A stretch of 64,000 nucleotides of DNA from Candidatus Latescibacterota bacterium (lineage in GTDB: Bacteria > Latescibacterota > UBA2968 > UBA8231), in contig OZ244561.1 of NCBI GenBank assembly GCA_965217585.1, forward strand, positions 4,448,001 to 4,512,000, in the 5' to 3' direction. The translations under genes and the position numbers were made by a program. Of this stretch, positions 12,255 through 21,595 are shown piece after piece. Below the pieces are notes generated by a model. The model ran no database searches. It was given only the letters and a program-made list of their open reading frames with translations, and was not told the DNA's origin. Position 1 is the stretch's first letter, and every line of letters starts with the position of its first letter.

Positions 12255-12725
12255 TTAAAGAGTAGTGTTTCGTTGACGCACTTCCCGCACGGCTTCCACG
12301 ATGGCTTCGGCCTCGTCCATGACCATCTCGGCCACGCCTACCTCGGCCTCGTACACCGCGCTGTCCACGACAGCTTTGATCTCGGGCTCTATAATGTGGT
12401 AGACCGGAAGTCCAAGAGCTTGACCGGCTAGGGCACCCGCCCAAGTCGGATCCCCTTCGGTCATGGTCAGGGCGTACAGCTTGCTGCTGTCTGCGGTCGG
12501 CGTGCCCAAAATGACGACGACATCGTCGCTGCCCGTGCGCTCGACGGTCCGTTTGATTTCCTCTTGACCTTCCAGGTCAACGCCGCCTGCGGCCGTTCAC
12601 ACAAAGCAATAGGTCACCTCCAGGACCACTTCAGCACCGGCGCTGCGGACGCAGTTTGCTATGCTCGTACCCGGCACCCCGTCCCGCTCGCCTAAGACGA
12701 TCGCTTTTTTCCCTTGCAGTTCCAT
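12255..12725 (-). CDS. grdA: Glycine reductase selenoprotein A (Sec UGA at 12597-12599, codon 43)
   Basis: Read-through translation MELQGKKAIVLGERDGVPG...EVTYCFV-U-TAAGGVDLEGQ...EGDPTWAGALAG...LGLPVYH; CxxU motif typical of GrdA. Confidence 0.95.
12564..12580 (-). promoter_or_regulatory. SECIS-like hairpin of grdA
   Basis: mRNA UUGACCU-GGA-AGGUCAA: perfect 7-bp stem with GGA loop, 16 nt after the UGA. Confidence 0.78.
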
Positions 12726-12729
12726 CTGC

Positions 12730-14187
12730 TCAACTCCTGTTGGGGTTATTTTCAACGATAAAAGACACGCCATCGGACATCTGCGTCATTCGGCCTAGGA
12801 ACAGGCTGCCCTTGGCGAGGAACATGGCCCTTTGCATCGTGCCATCTCTCATGCGATCCAGCGCATGGCCTAGGTAGGGAATGCCGGAGGCAATATGCCC
12901 TTGGGTGGGCGAAAAACCGAGCATCCCGTGCTTCTGGATGAAAGCCGGCATTTCCGACCGGTCAATCTCTTTGTCGAGGACCGCCAAGGCGGCAATCACT
13001 TGGTAATTCCTCCTGGGAACATCACCGCTGCCCGCAGGCTCTGTGGCCTCGGGATTGTGCAACTCGGTAGCGTACTTATCCACGTCCCTGAACCGCAAGC
13101 CCAGCCTAGCCAGAGGTCGGGAGACCAACTCCTCAAAGACGGCCTGCTGGGAAGAACCAGCCCCTACACTGTGCCGCCCTACCGAGTCCAGCCGCAATAC
13201 CGGACTGAGGCCGTCGTCCGGGCCCACCAGTACTGCTACCGCAGCCAACACATCCTCTATGATGGGGTAGTCGCAGCGCAGATGGCCTTGGAACTTCATC
13301 CCTAGCTTGGCCAGGGAGGATCCGCCGACCACGACGACTTCATCGAACACGCCTGAACTCACCAGCGCCCCGGCCATCACCAAGGCGTGCGCCGGCCCGC
13401 AGCAGAAGGCCTTGACGTCGGATCCAGTCGCATTGCTCAGACCGCACATCTCTCCGACGGCTTTGGCCAGATTCCCTCCCCCTCGCTGGTAGCGTTCCCC
13501 GACGGCTTCCTCACCGCTATTGATGATATAGTCGACCGCGGTCGGATTGAGTTGGGTGTCGCTCAACAGCGTCCGCAGCGCCATAGCAGCCGTGACTTTG
13601 CACGTCAAGTTTTCGAGCAACACGTCCGCTGCCAGCGTGGCATCTTCTTCGTGGGCGCGATGTATGCATCCGACCAGACGCCCATTTTTGAGCAAGAGAG
13701 GCAGCGCCGCTTGCAGATCGGCCACGCTATTCTCGATTGCCGCATAGGGCTGGCCGTCGTCGAGTCGCTCCAATTCGGAGTTGTGTACCAAGCTATGGCC
13801 GGCTAGGGTTTTTCTAACTTCCCCGGCAAATTTCTCTTCCAGCCAGACCAAGTCAAACGCATCGGCTATCTTGAGGAGCCCATAGAGGGTCTCTTCCGGC
13901 ATGATCTCGCCGTGGGGATAGCGCCGCTGCCAGGGGCTGGTCCCCGCGAACCAGGGCCGCTCGCGGGTGGCGAGTTCGTCGGGCGCAAACCGACCCAGAA
14001 AAACCTGATTGGGTGCATAGGCCGCGGCTTCCGAATACGAGCGGAGATGCGGGGCAATTTGGTCCCAAAGCTCCGGGGTTTTCAGGAGTTCGCGGCGAGG
14101 TTTGGAACCATAACGCACCAATCCGGGGGCATGCGCGAGGAAGTACCTAGCGCTCTTGATCACTGGTTGGACGACGTTCGGCTTCAT
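12730..14187 (-). CDS. grdC: Glycine/sarcosine/betaine reductase component C subunit beta (FabH-like fold)
   Basis: APNQVFLG, SGEEAVGERYQRGGGNLAKA, NATGSDVKAFC, TQGHIASG, KGSLFLGRMTQMSDGVSF; start ATG 14187 overlaps the upstream TGA. Confidence 0.92.
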   Translation of the reverse strand: MKPNVVQPVIKSARYFLAHAPGLVRYGSKPRRELLKTPELWDQIAPHLRSYSEAAAYAPNQVFLGRFAPDELATRERPWFAGTSPWQRRYPHGEIMPEETLYGLLKIADAFDLVWLEEKFAGEVRKTLAGHSLVHNSELERLDDGQPYAAIENSVADLQAALPLLLKNGRLVGCIHRAHEEDATLAADVLLENLTCKVTAAMALRTLLSDTQLNPTAVDYIINSGEEAVGERYQRGGGNLAKAVGEMCGLSNATGSDVKAFCCGPAHALVMAGALVSSGVFDEVVVVGGSSLAKLGMKFQGHLRCDYPIIEDVLAAVAVLVGPDDGLSPVLRLDSVGRHSVGAGSSQQAVFEELVSRPLARLGLRFRDVDKYATELHNPEATEPAGSGDVPRRNYQVIAALAVLDKEIDRSEMPAFIQKHGMLGFSPTQGHIASGIPYLGHALDRMRDGTMQRAMFLAKGSLFLGRMTQMSDGVSFIVENNPNRS

Positions 14188-15680
14188 CGCGTATTGCCAG
14201 CGTTCAGCCCGGCCAGATGCTCGTCGAACCACTTGATCTCCCCGGCGTAGACCGTGCGCAACGAGTCGATATAGACTTCAAAAGCCCGCTTCGCATGCTG
14301 CAACTTGACTCGACGACGGACGTGCTTCCGCACCTTTGCAAAGGGGATCCGATGCGGTTCAATGGGTTCGTCCAGCCTAAATACGGCAAACTTGCCGTCC
14401 AGTTCCACCGGCCCTTGGATTTGCCCGACTTGCTGTCGCTCTCTGCGCTGGAACAGTCTGTAATAGGGCGAACTCTGGAGGGCATAAAGGACCACATGTC
14501 CATCTCGATCGACGTGCATATGCCCGTGTGCGTCCTCAGTCCTCGGACGCACCGAGTGCTTGCGAGCTAGATCTTCTAGGCTTTGTCCCGCCTCTGCGGC
14601 CTGGCGGATCTCCATAGCTTCCTCCCGGGTATTGAGCAGGATCTCGGTCAAGTAGACCGTTCCAGGTACGCTGTACCCGTCTATATGTACCTCGTAGTGC
14701 TGCCGCACTTCCGCCTCGGAAGGAGGAGGAAGCAGATCGATCACTGCTCGCCGACGCAGTTGTCTGATCAGCAATTCTTCGTATTTGGCTTCCTGCCAGG
14801 CCAAAAACTCGGCGTTCAAATCGAACCCTTGTCGGCGGGCCTCTCGCAGCAGTAGGGTATCGGACAGGGCCTTGGGATCGCTAGCAACGGCTTGAGACAG
14901 ACTATCCGTCCTCTTGAGTTCCTCGAGGTACTCGAGGCGCCGGGCCGCCCATTTGCGCTGGCGCACGTTCGTGGTCAATCGCTCCTTTAGCCGGTCGAAG
15001 GGAACTCTATAGCGATCGAGAATCGTCAGCACTTCGTACCCCTCTACTGTGCGGATGGGCGCGCTGAAGCCCCCCACAGGCAGATCGAAAATCACCTCCC
15101 GCAGCACTGGGGCCACGTCCTTCGGGCCGAAGAAGTGCCCCAAGTCTCCTCCCTTTTCCGTCGCGCCCTTCAGCGAGCGAGCCGTTGCCAACGCGGCGAA
15201 ATCCGCCCCCTGCTCCAGTTCGCGGACGACTTTTCGGGCCTCTTCCTCGGTGGCGCAGAGAATGCGGGCGGGCCGAACCATCCAGCCCAGGTCGGCCTCT
15301 TGATACTCCTGGAGCAGTTCTTCTTCGGCCACTTCAACCTGCCGGGTGATATATTCGGCTGTAACTTGGTCAATCAGTTTTTTATTGGCGAGTTGCTCCA
15401 GTTCCGCTTTCGGCTCGTACCCCCTGTTGCCGGCTTCGAGCAGCATTAGCTGACGGTCCACCAGGCTCTGGAGATGCTCGCGCTGGGCCGCCGCTCCAGA
15501 GGCGGCTGCACGAAATGCCGTGGGTAGATCCCATTCGTACTGCCGCAATGCCCCTGCGGTGATCACCTCGTCGCCGACCTGTACCAGCGGCGGGTCCGTC
15601 GCGGTCTGCGGCTGAGGCCCACAACTCCCGAGCAGGGACAGGCCCGCTGCGGCCAGCAACCAAGCCCAGCAAGGCGACAT
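14184..15680 (-). CDS. Peptidyl-prolyl cis-trans isomerase lipoprotein, two parvulin (PpiC) domains, PrsA/SurA-like
   Basis: Lipobox LLGSC; GADFAALATARS..KGGDLG and EDLARKHS rotamase motifs; start ATG 15680 behind GGAGAA. Confidence 0.85.
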   Translation of the reverse strand: MSPCWAWLLAAAGLSLLGSCGPQPQTATDPPLVQVGDEVITAGALRQYEWDLPTAFRAAASGAAAQREHLQSLVDRQLMLLEAGNRGYEPKAELEQLANKKLIDQVTAEYITRQVEVAEEELLQEYQEADLGWMVRPARILCATEEEARKVVRELEQGADFAALATARSLKGATEKGGDLGHFFGPKDVAPVLREVIFDLPVGGFSAPIRTVEGYEVLTILDRYRVPFDRLKERLTTNVRQRKWAARRLEYLEELKRTDSLSQAVASDPKALSDTLLLREARRQGFDLNAEFLAWQEAKYEELLIRQLRRRAVIDLLPPPSEAEVRQHYEVHIDGYSVPGTVYLTEILLNTREEAMEIRQAAEAGQSLEDLARKHSVRPRTEDAHGHMHVDRDGHVVLYALQSSPYYRLFQRRERQQVGQIQGPVELDGKFAVFRLDEPIEPHRIPFAKVRKHVRRRVKLQHAKRAFEVYIDSLRTVYAGEIKWFDEHLAGLNAGNTR

Positions 15681-15733
15681 GCGTCGTTCTCCACGGCAAT
15701 TCACGACAGTAGACTCCCGCTCATCCGGTCTCC

Positions 15734-16516
15734 CTACTTCCGGGCCAACTCAATACGCCCGTCTGGATACTCCCGTCCGATGTCCCGCTCAAATCGGGAG
15801 GTGACGTCAATCATCTCAATGGGTTGGTCCCTAAAATCGAAGCGCACGGCGATATCGGGAATGTGGACGGTCAGCTTGGCGACATCAGGAGCCAGAGTTT
15901 TGAAGACGACATATCCTTCGCGCTCTTGGCCACTGAAGATCATCTCGCCGGCGAACAAGGTGCGCCTGAGGATGCCCTGGCGCTCCTGCCAGATTTGATA
16001 CTCCCCGCCCCGACGCATACCCCGACTTCTATCCCCGCTATTCCCTGCTCCACCACCCGACCCCCCGAGGGAAAAGCTCCGGTAGTAAATTTTGAGCTGG
16101 GCAAAACTAAGCGCGGAGTACTTGCGGCCGTTGTCGGTCTCAATGTAGAGGCCAGTGGGGTCTATGTGGACTTTGGGATAGGCGTAATTTTTCACGCTCA
16201 ATCGGAATACCGTAAAGCGGCTGGGAGTCCGGTTCGTCCTGAAGATCTTTGTCTGGCCGTAGGTATAGGGGTTGGTCTCCTGCTCTGTAGCCACACTGAA
16301 CTGGCGGTTCAATTCCTCGTCGTTCATGGGGCGCAATTGGATTTCCAGCCGTCCCGCAGTGAAAATGACGGAGCCGTCGTCCGTGACCCTCTTGCCCTCG
16401 CCCTGAACTGCTTCGTCCATCGGCCGCAGATTGCCGGCATAATAGTGATAGGCGCAACTCGCGGTCAAGCCGATTGACCCCAGCGCCAGCAAAAGGACGC
16501 AGTGTACTCTATGCAT
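15734..16516 (-). CDS. Hypothetical lipoprotein
   Basis: Signal peptide with LTASC lipobox; 260 aa; co-oriented within the gene run. Confidence 0.8.
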   Translation of the reverse strand: MHRVHCVLLLALGSIGLTASCAYHYYAGNLRPMDEAVQGEGKRVTDDGSVIFTAGRLEIQLRPMNDEELNRQFSVATEQETNPYTYGQTKIFRTNRTPSRFTVFRLSVKNYAYPKVHIDPTGLYIETDNGRKYSALSFAQLKIYYRSFSLGGSGGGAGNSGDRSRGMRRGGEYQIWQERQGILRRTLFAGEMIFSGQEREGYVVFKTLAPDVAKLTVHIPDIAVRFDFRDQPIEMIDVTSRFERDIGREYPDGRIELARK

Positions 16517-16559
16517 ACCAGATTATCCTATTCAGGGTTTGAGCGCGCCCGGGAGTATC

Positions 16560-18767
16560 TCAATAGAGCATGGCCAAGGTTCCGGTCTGCCTTTTGAGTT
16601 TGTCGTCCGCATCCGCTCTTACGCGATATAGGTAGATTCCGGGGGGCAGTATCCACCCCCTGTCGTCCCGACCGTCCCAGCGCAACTCGACCACACCAGC
16701 CCCGTGCCGCCCGCGTCCGAGGCTGCGCACCCGACGCCCCGACAGATCGTACAGATCGACGGTGAGTTCTATGGGCTCGGAGACCAGAAAGAGGTTGACG
16801 GTGATTAGGGCCTCATCGTTGATCCCGTCGCCGTTGGGCGTGAAGGGATTGGGTGCCACTAGGGGCCTACTGATGAGGCCCCCTAAATTTTCTGCCACTA
16901 CGGTGAAGACGTCCGTACTCAATTCGGGACTGGCATCCCCAGGTTCCGTGGACTGGGGGATGACTTGTCCTTCCTTTTCGGCGTCGTTCCACACCGCACT
17001 GGTGAACTGCCACGAGCCACTGAAGAGGGTTGAGGTGAAGACGATCTCAATATTCCGCTCCTGTCCCGGCGGAAAATCGGCCGCGTCGAGGGGCGGCAGC
17101 TTCACCAACAGCTTGCTGGCACTGCGGACCGAGTCGAGGACAATGGTCTGGGCGAACTGTCCCAGTGAATCAAGTCCGCCGGGCTCTGGAGGCAGCCGCT
17201 GCGGCTCCACTCCCTCGGTGGCCGCCACTGGTATCTCTACCCAGGGCTGGTCGTCCACCTTGAGCGTCTGGATCCTAGTGTCCGGGCTGGGCACGGCGAT
17301 CTCAATGCGGTTGAAGCCCCTTTGGTCGTTTGGGTCAAAGAAGGGTTTGAGAAAATAGCGGAACGTGGTCTCCTCGCCCAAGAGCGCCTGGGGAGGAAAG
17401 ACTTCGCCGCGGACTCCTTGGCCGACTACGGGGACATCGTATTCGAACTCGAGGTAGTCGAAGAGCACCGCGCTGTGCTGCAAACTGTCGAAGAAGATGC
17501 GAAATTGCAGATAGCGGGTTTGACTGGGCAAGGGCAGGAGGATGCCGCTCTCCTCTGCCGGCCGCGTCTCATCAATCAAACCGTCCTCGTAGCGGAGCGA
17601 CGCCGACCAGAAACTCCAGCCCCTGGGACCATCGGTCCCCACAGGGGCACCCAGCTCGTTGTAGGGTAGGTTGTGCTCTGGCACCCGCATCAGCGAGTTG
17701 AGATTCGCCCAACTGAACGCGTCTAGGGTACGGCCGTTTTCGTCCCGCACATCGACCACGTCCTTCCCCACTCGCCGCTGGTAAATATGGGTATCCAAGG
17801 AGTTTCCGGCGCGAAACTGAATGCGCACGTCCCCTCCCTCCCCTAGGCGGCGGGCTTTCCAGCGCACCTTTCCCCAGGTGACCGAATTGTCCTCCTGGTC
17901 GGAGAACTGGCTCTCTACTTCTGTCCGGTCTCCTAGCTTGTACCGATCCCACTGCTGGGCATAGCGCCGCACGCCGGGTGGATTCACCCCCAAGTCGATT
18001 ATCTCCGAAGCATAGAAACCATCCGTGGGATACCCATCTCCGTAAATTTCCACCTCGGCGATCTCCCAGTACTCGCCGGGTGGATGTCGGGAGAGAATAT
18101 CCACCATCCCCATCAGCAGTGGTTGATCCAGAGATATATCTTTGATTACGGGTATTTGCTGGCCGACTTGGGGAGGGATCACAAAGGGATAGACACTCAG
18201 CCTGTTGTTGCTGATATTCGCGGCATTCCCGTAGCGCACCCAGTAATCCCGCATGGTGGCCTCAGGCACGCTAGGGCGCGGCTGGAAAACGATCCGATGG
18301 ATGTAGTAGTAGCCCTGAAAGCGGAGGTCGAAGCGGGCATTGGCGTCTCGGGTGGTGAGACCGTAGGCCGTGAACAGATCGCCGTCGGCCATCTTGGCCC
18401 TGTTTTCTTTGGTCCCCCCGTAGGCCGTGGTATTGAAGGGATCGGCCACTTCTATGCGGACTCCCGCCTCGCTGGGGACAATGGCGATATCTGTACCGTA
18501 CTCACCCCTTTGGGCCCGTTCGGCAAGCAAGGCGACCAAGTTCAAAGTGCTGTCTAGGCGGACGGGACTGAGCCAGGTGCTACCGTCCCCGTCTTGGAGG
18601 ATTTCCAAGGCCCAACCCCGGCCCCACCTAGTGATCCCGCTCACCGGGACCAGTTGCCAAGGATGCGTCTCGTCCCCCACTCGCCACTTTTCGACCTCTG
18701 CTGAGAGCGCGCCTGCGCCCACTAGGGACAGCGCGCCCCAGATCAGCAGGCTCTTCTGTCTACTCAT
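16560..18767 (-). CDS. Secreted protein with discoidin-like domain and C-terminal FlgD-Ig/CTD-like domain (paralog 3)
   Basis: Signal peptide MSRQKSLLIWGALSLVGAGALSA; ADGDLFT, AEVEIYGDGY; C-terminus PNPFTPNGDGINDE..YDLSGRRV..WDGRDDRG..PPGIYL. Confidence 0.83.
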   Translation of the reverse strand: MSRQKSLLIWGALSLVGAGALSAEVEKWRVGDETHPWQLVPVSGITRWGRGWALEILQDGDGSTWLSPVRLDSTLNLVALLAERAQRGEYGTDIAIVPSEAGVRIEVADPFNTTAYGGTKENRAKMADGDLFTAYGLTTRDANARFDLRFQGYYYIHRIVFQPRPSVPEATMRDYWVRYGNAANISNNRLSVYPFVIPPQVGQQIPVIKDISLDQPLLMGMVDILSRHPPGEYWEIAEVEIYGDGYPTDGFYASEIIDLGVNPPGVRRYAQQWDRYKLGDRTEVESQFSDQEDNSVTWGKVRWKARRLGEGGDVRIQFRAGNSLDTHIYQRRVGKDVVDVRDENGRTLDAFSWANLNSLMRVPEHNLPYNELGAPVGTDGPRGWSFWSASLRYEDGLIDETRPAEESGILLPLPSQTRYLQFRIFFDSLQHSAVLFDYLEFEYDVPVVGQGVRGEVFPPQALLGEETTFRYFLKPFFDPNDQRGFNRIEIAVPSPDTRIQTLKVDDQPWVEIPVAATEGVEPQRLPPEPGGLDSLGQFAQTIVLDSVRSASKLLVKLPPLDAADFPPGQERNIEIVFTSTLFSGSWQFTSAVWNDAEKEGQVIPQSTEPGDASPELSTDVFTVVAENLGGLISRPLVAPNPFTPNGDGINDEALITVNLFLVSEPIELTVDLYDLSGRRVRSLGRGRHGAGVVELRWDGRDDRGWILPPGIYLYRVRADADDKLKRQTGTLAMLY

Positions 18768-18804
18768 GATCGATACTGTCTCCAAGTTCTGCCGAGAAGC
18801 GAAC

Positions 18805-21546
18805 TCACTCGCCAAAACCAGCGTACAGCGTGAGAAAGAGGCTGCTCTCCGTCTGCACCTTGGCCGCGGCCTTCCGATCAACCCGGGCGATGTGGATACC
18901 CGCCTGGCCCCACAAGTCGTAGCCCAAGTAGGCCACGTTGTTGGTGAGTTGGAGAGCGTAGATCAGCTCATTGCGATCCGAGCGGACCGGATCGTTCTCG
19001 AGGATATCCCTGAACTGGTTGACGTAAAAGTATTCTAGGCCGACCTGCAGGGTGGTCCTGGATAGAATCGAAATGCGGCCTATCAGGGACAAAAGCTCCC
19101 GTAGTTCGGTGGTAGCCACGCGGATCTGTTCTTCTTTGCGGGTGGGCCGGTGGCGCAAAAACTCGTTCTTCCAGCGCGGCTCCAGCCGCAGAGCGCCCAA
19201 GTTAAAGGTGTATTCCGCCTTGTTGATGACCCCCCACAGGCTGGCCAGCTCGCGGATGTTCTGCTGCTTGAAAGGCCGCTCATCGAAGTCCACTTGGCGG
19301 AAGAACTCGTATTTGAAGCGGTTGACAAAGCGCAGGTTATCCGCGGCGTACTGGTAGCCCAAGTAGAGGGTATTGGCCCAGGCATTGCGGGCGGGCAGGG
19401 GGTCTTCGAAGGGCACGAAATCTCCTCGCGACCCCTCCCGGAGCACCCACTCTATCACGTTGTCGCGGATATCGTCCTCAATCCGGCGCAGATTGTCGTA
19501 GAACTGCAGCCGTCCTAGCCGCGGAAAATCCTTCTCGTAGATCAGCAATAGATAGGAACTTTTGTTCCGCCGATCATCCGCCAATTGCCACTCGCGCTGG
19601 TGTCCCACGCTCAGACGGGCGTCGGGGCCCAGACTGGAACCGACGTAGATATTGTAGCCCTGTCGATCCCGCTTGTAGAGATAGTCCGGCTGGATGTCGT
19701 TCTCAAAGCGATCGACAATGCCATTGTTGTTCATGTCGATCCCAAAGAGATAGTCCGGCCGATCCGAACTGTAGCGCAGGAAGGGCTCTTCGTAGTCGGG
19801 GATGGTGTTGGGACGCCGGAGATTGTCATTCTGGTTGAAGTCGACGATGAAGTCTCTGTTCTCATCCCAGCCCGGAAAGATTTCGGTGTCGCGGGTGAAA
19901 CCGCGGCGGAACCAGTCGGGGAAGCGGTCTTGGTCGTCGTTGTCCTCGACAAATTCGTAGACAAACTGGCGGTTGTCGTCGTAGAGGATCGGTGCCAGAT
20001 CGTTCTGGATGCCCGCCAAGAAAGTGCTGGTACTGTAGTTTGGATCCATGCTGTAGGCTTCGGCAAAAAAGAACAGAGGATGAGCCCGTTTGTACAGATT
20101 CAGAAACCAAGCGTCCCCGCTCTCCTGAGAAGGCGTGTGTTCGGTCACATCGGTTTCCAGCCGGCGTGGATAGCGCTTGTGTTGCCGGTTGTGGGCGAAT
20201 TCGCCCGCTAGGAAAAATCCGTGCGCATTTTCCACATCGAGGGTAAAACCGAAGATTTCGTTGCCTACGGGCAGCCCGTACTGGAGGGAGATAAAACGCT
20301 GGTTGGAGCCGTCCTGGACATTGCCCGGAGCGCGAATTGTGCGCTCGGGAATGCCCTCGGACAGCGTCACCGGTTGTTGGATCCGGTTCACCTGGCGGTT
20401 GGAGGTCAGGTCAATGCGATAGTCATTGGCCAGCAGCAGCACGAATTCGACGCTCTTGATCCGATCGGGAGCCGGGCCAAAGGCTTGGCGGTACTCCGGA
20501 CCCTCCAGATCGTATATCAGGGTTATGACTTCGCTGCCATCGGCTGAGAGAAAGCCTTCCTGGCGGAAGCCACCCTGGATAGTGGGAAAAAAGTTGAGGA
20601 TGGAATTGCCGTCCAAAGGACGGCGGTTGCTAAAGCGCTTGCCGTCGATATTGGTGATAATGATCTCTTCTTGGAAGAAGGCCGTACCGCCATCGCCGTC
20701 TTCGGGCGAGTCGTCGCTCAGGCGGATCTCAATGCGCGTTACATCGTTGTTCTGCCCTTCGGTCAAGGTGCCCCTGAACGGGTTTCCCGAGAAGGCCTGA
20801 TTCTTGGTCTGTGCATTGAAGGCGCTGACATAGGTCGTCCCCAACTGGACGAAATCACCCACCTGGATGGTGCCGCGACCTCCCAGTAGATTGGTATCAT
20901 TGGAGCGCTCACCGGCTCCGGAGGGGCCTAGGTCGCCGACTGCTCCGGCCGCGCTGGGACGCGAGGCAAGGAGGGTGAACTCGTACTTGTCGCTGGCGAA
21001 ATCGAACTGCATACCAGTAAAGCTGGGTTTGGAAAAGGTCATGGGCGTCAGCGTCGTCCGAATCCTGTCGCCCACGGTCAGGCTGTAGAAATACTGGCCC
21101 TTTGAGTCCGAGGCGATCACCAAGTTGTTGAACCAGGATCTGAACTCGCTGCCCTTGAACAGGGCATTCCCGGCTACTTGGGGGGTGGAGACGCGCCAGT
21201 CGTATACGAGTTTGCCGCGGGTGATGAAATTGCCGTAGAGATCGTAGAAATAGTCTCCTTCGAGCGAGGTGTTCACGTACCTGAGGTAGCGGCTGCGAGC
21301 GTAGTTGGAATACTGCCACTGGCGCCACTGGAATTCGTAGAACAATTCCTGGGGTACGTACCACTTCTTGACCGCCGGATCCAAGGCATCAAAAAGCACT
21401 CCCGAACCTTTCAATTCATAGGAAATCTCGCCGCCGCGCCGCTCCCCGAGGCGGGTGCCGATTTCCTGGGCTTGGAGCGGCTCCCCTGCGAGCAGGGCGC
21501 ACAGGGCAAAAAAACATACGAAACTTCTACCGTATGGTCCGTGCAC
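18805..21546 (-). CDS. Large secreted hypothetical protein, probable outer-membrane beta-barrel with Ca-binding DxxxD motifs
   Basis: GTG 21546 behind AGGAGG; signal peptide ending LQA-QEIG; many alternating hydrophobic beta-strand segments; C-terminal LFLTLYAGFGE; DNDDQDRFPD, DENRDFIVD, DMNNNGIVD. Confidence 0.72.
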   Translation of the reverse strand: MHGPYGRSFVCFFALCALLAGEPLQAQEIGTRLGERRGGEISYELKGSGVLFDALDPAVKKWYVPQELFYEFQWRQWQYSNYARSRYLRYVNTSLEGDYFYDLYGNFITRGKLVYDWRVSTPQVAGNALFKGSEFRSWFNNLVIASDSKGQYFYSLTVGDRIRTTLTPMTFSKPSFTGMQFDFASDKYEFTLLASRPSAAGAVGDLGPSGAGERSNDTNLLGGRGTIQVGDFVQLGTTYVSAFNAQTKNQAFSGNPFRGTLTEGQNNDVTRIEIRLSDDSPEDGDGGTAFFQEEIIITNIDGKRFSNRRPLDGNSILNFFPTIQGGFRQEGFLSADGSEVITLIYDLEGPEYRQAFGPAPDRIKSVEFVLLLANDYRIDLTSNRQVNRIQQPVTLSEGIPERTIRAPGNVQDGSNQRFISLQYGLPVGNEIFGFTLDVENAHGFFLAGEFAHNRQHKRYPRRLETDVTEHTPSQESGDAWFLNLYKRAHPLFFFAEAYSMDPNYSTSTFLAGIQNDLAPILYDDNRQFVYEFVEDNDDQDRFPDWFRRGFTRDTEIFPGWDENRDFIVDFNQNDNLRRPNTIPDYEEPFLRYSSDRPDYLFGIDMNNNGIVDRFENDIQPDYLYKRDRQGYNIYVGSSLGPDARLSVGHQREWQLADDRRNKSSYLLLIYEKDFPRLGRLQFYDNLRRIEDDIRDNVIEWVLREGSRGDFVPFEDPLPARNAWANTLYLGYQYAADNLRFVNRFKYEFFRQVDFDERPFKQQNIRELASLWGVINKAEYTFNLGALRLEPRWKNEFLRHRPTRKEEQIRVATTELRELLSLIGRISILSRTTLQVGLEYFYVNQFRDILENDPVRSDRNELIYALQLTNNVAYLGYDLWGQAGIHIARVDRKAAAKVQTESSLFLTLYAGFGE

Positions 21547-21595
21547 AACACCCTCCTGTCTAGGCTCGAGAGGAATTATCTCGGTAGATAGCGAC

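Noticed and set aside
10883-12725. grdA and grdB as nonsense-mutated pseudogenes
   Set aside because: Both stops are TGA at the known Sec positions (CxxU, UxxCxxC), with downstream hairpins and intact reading frames.
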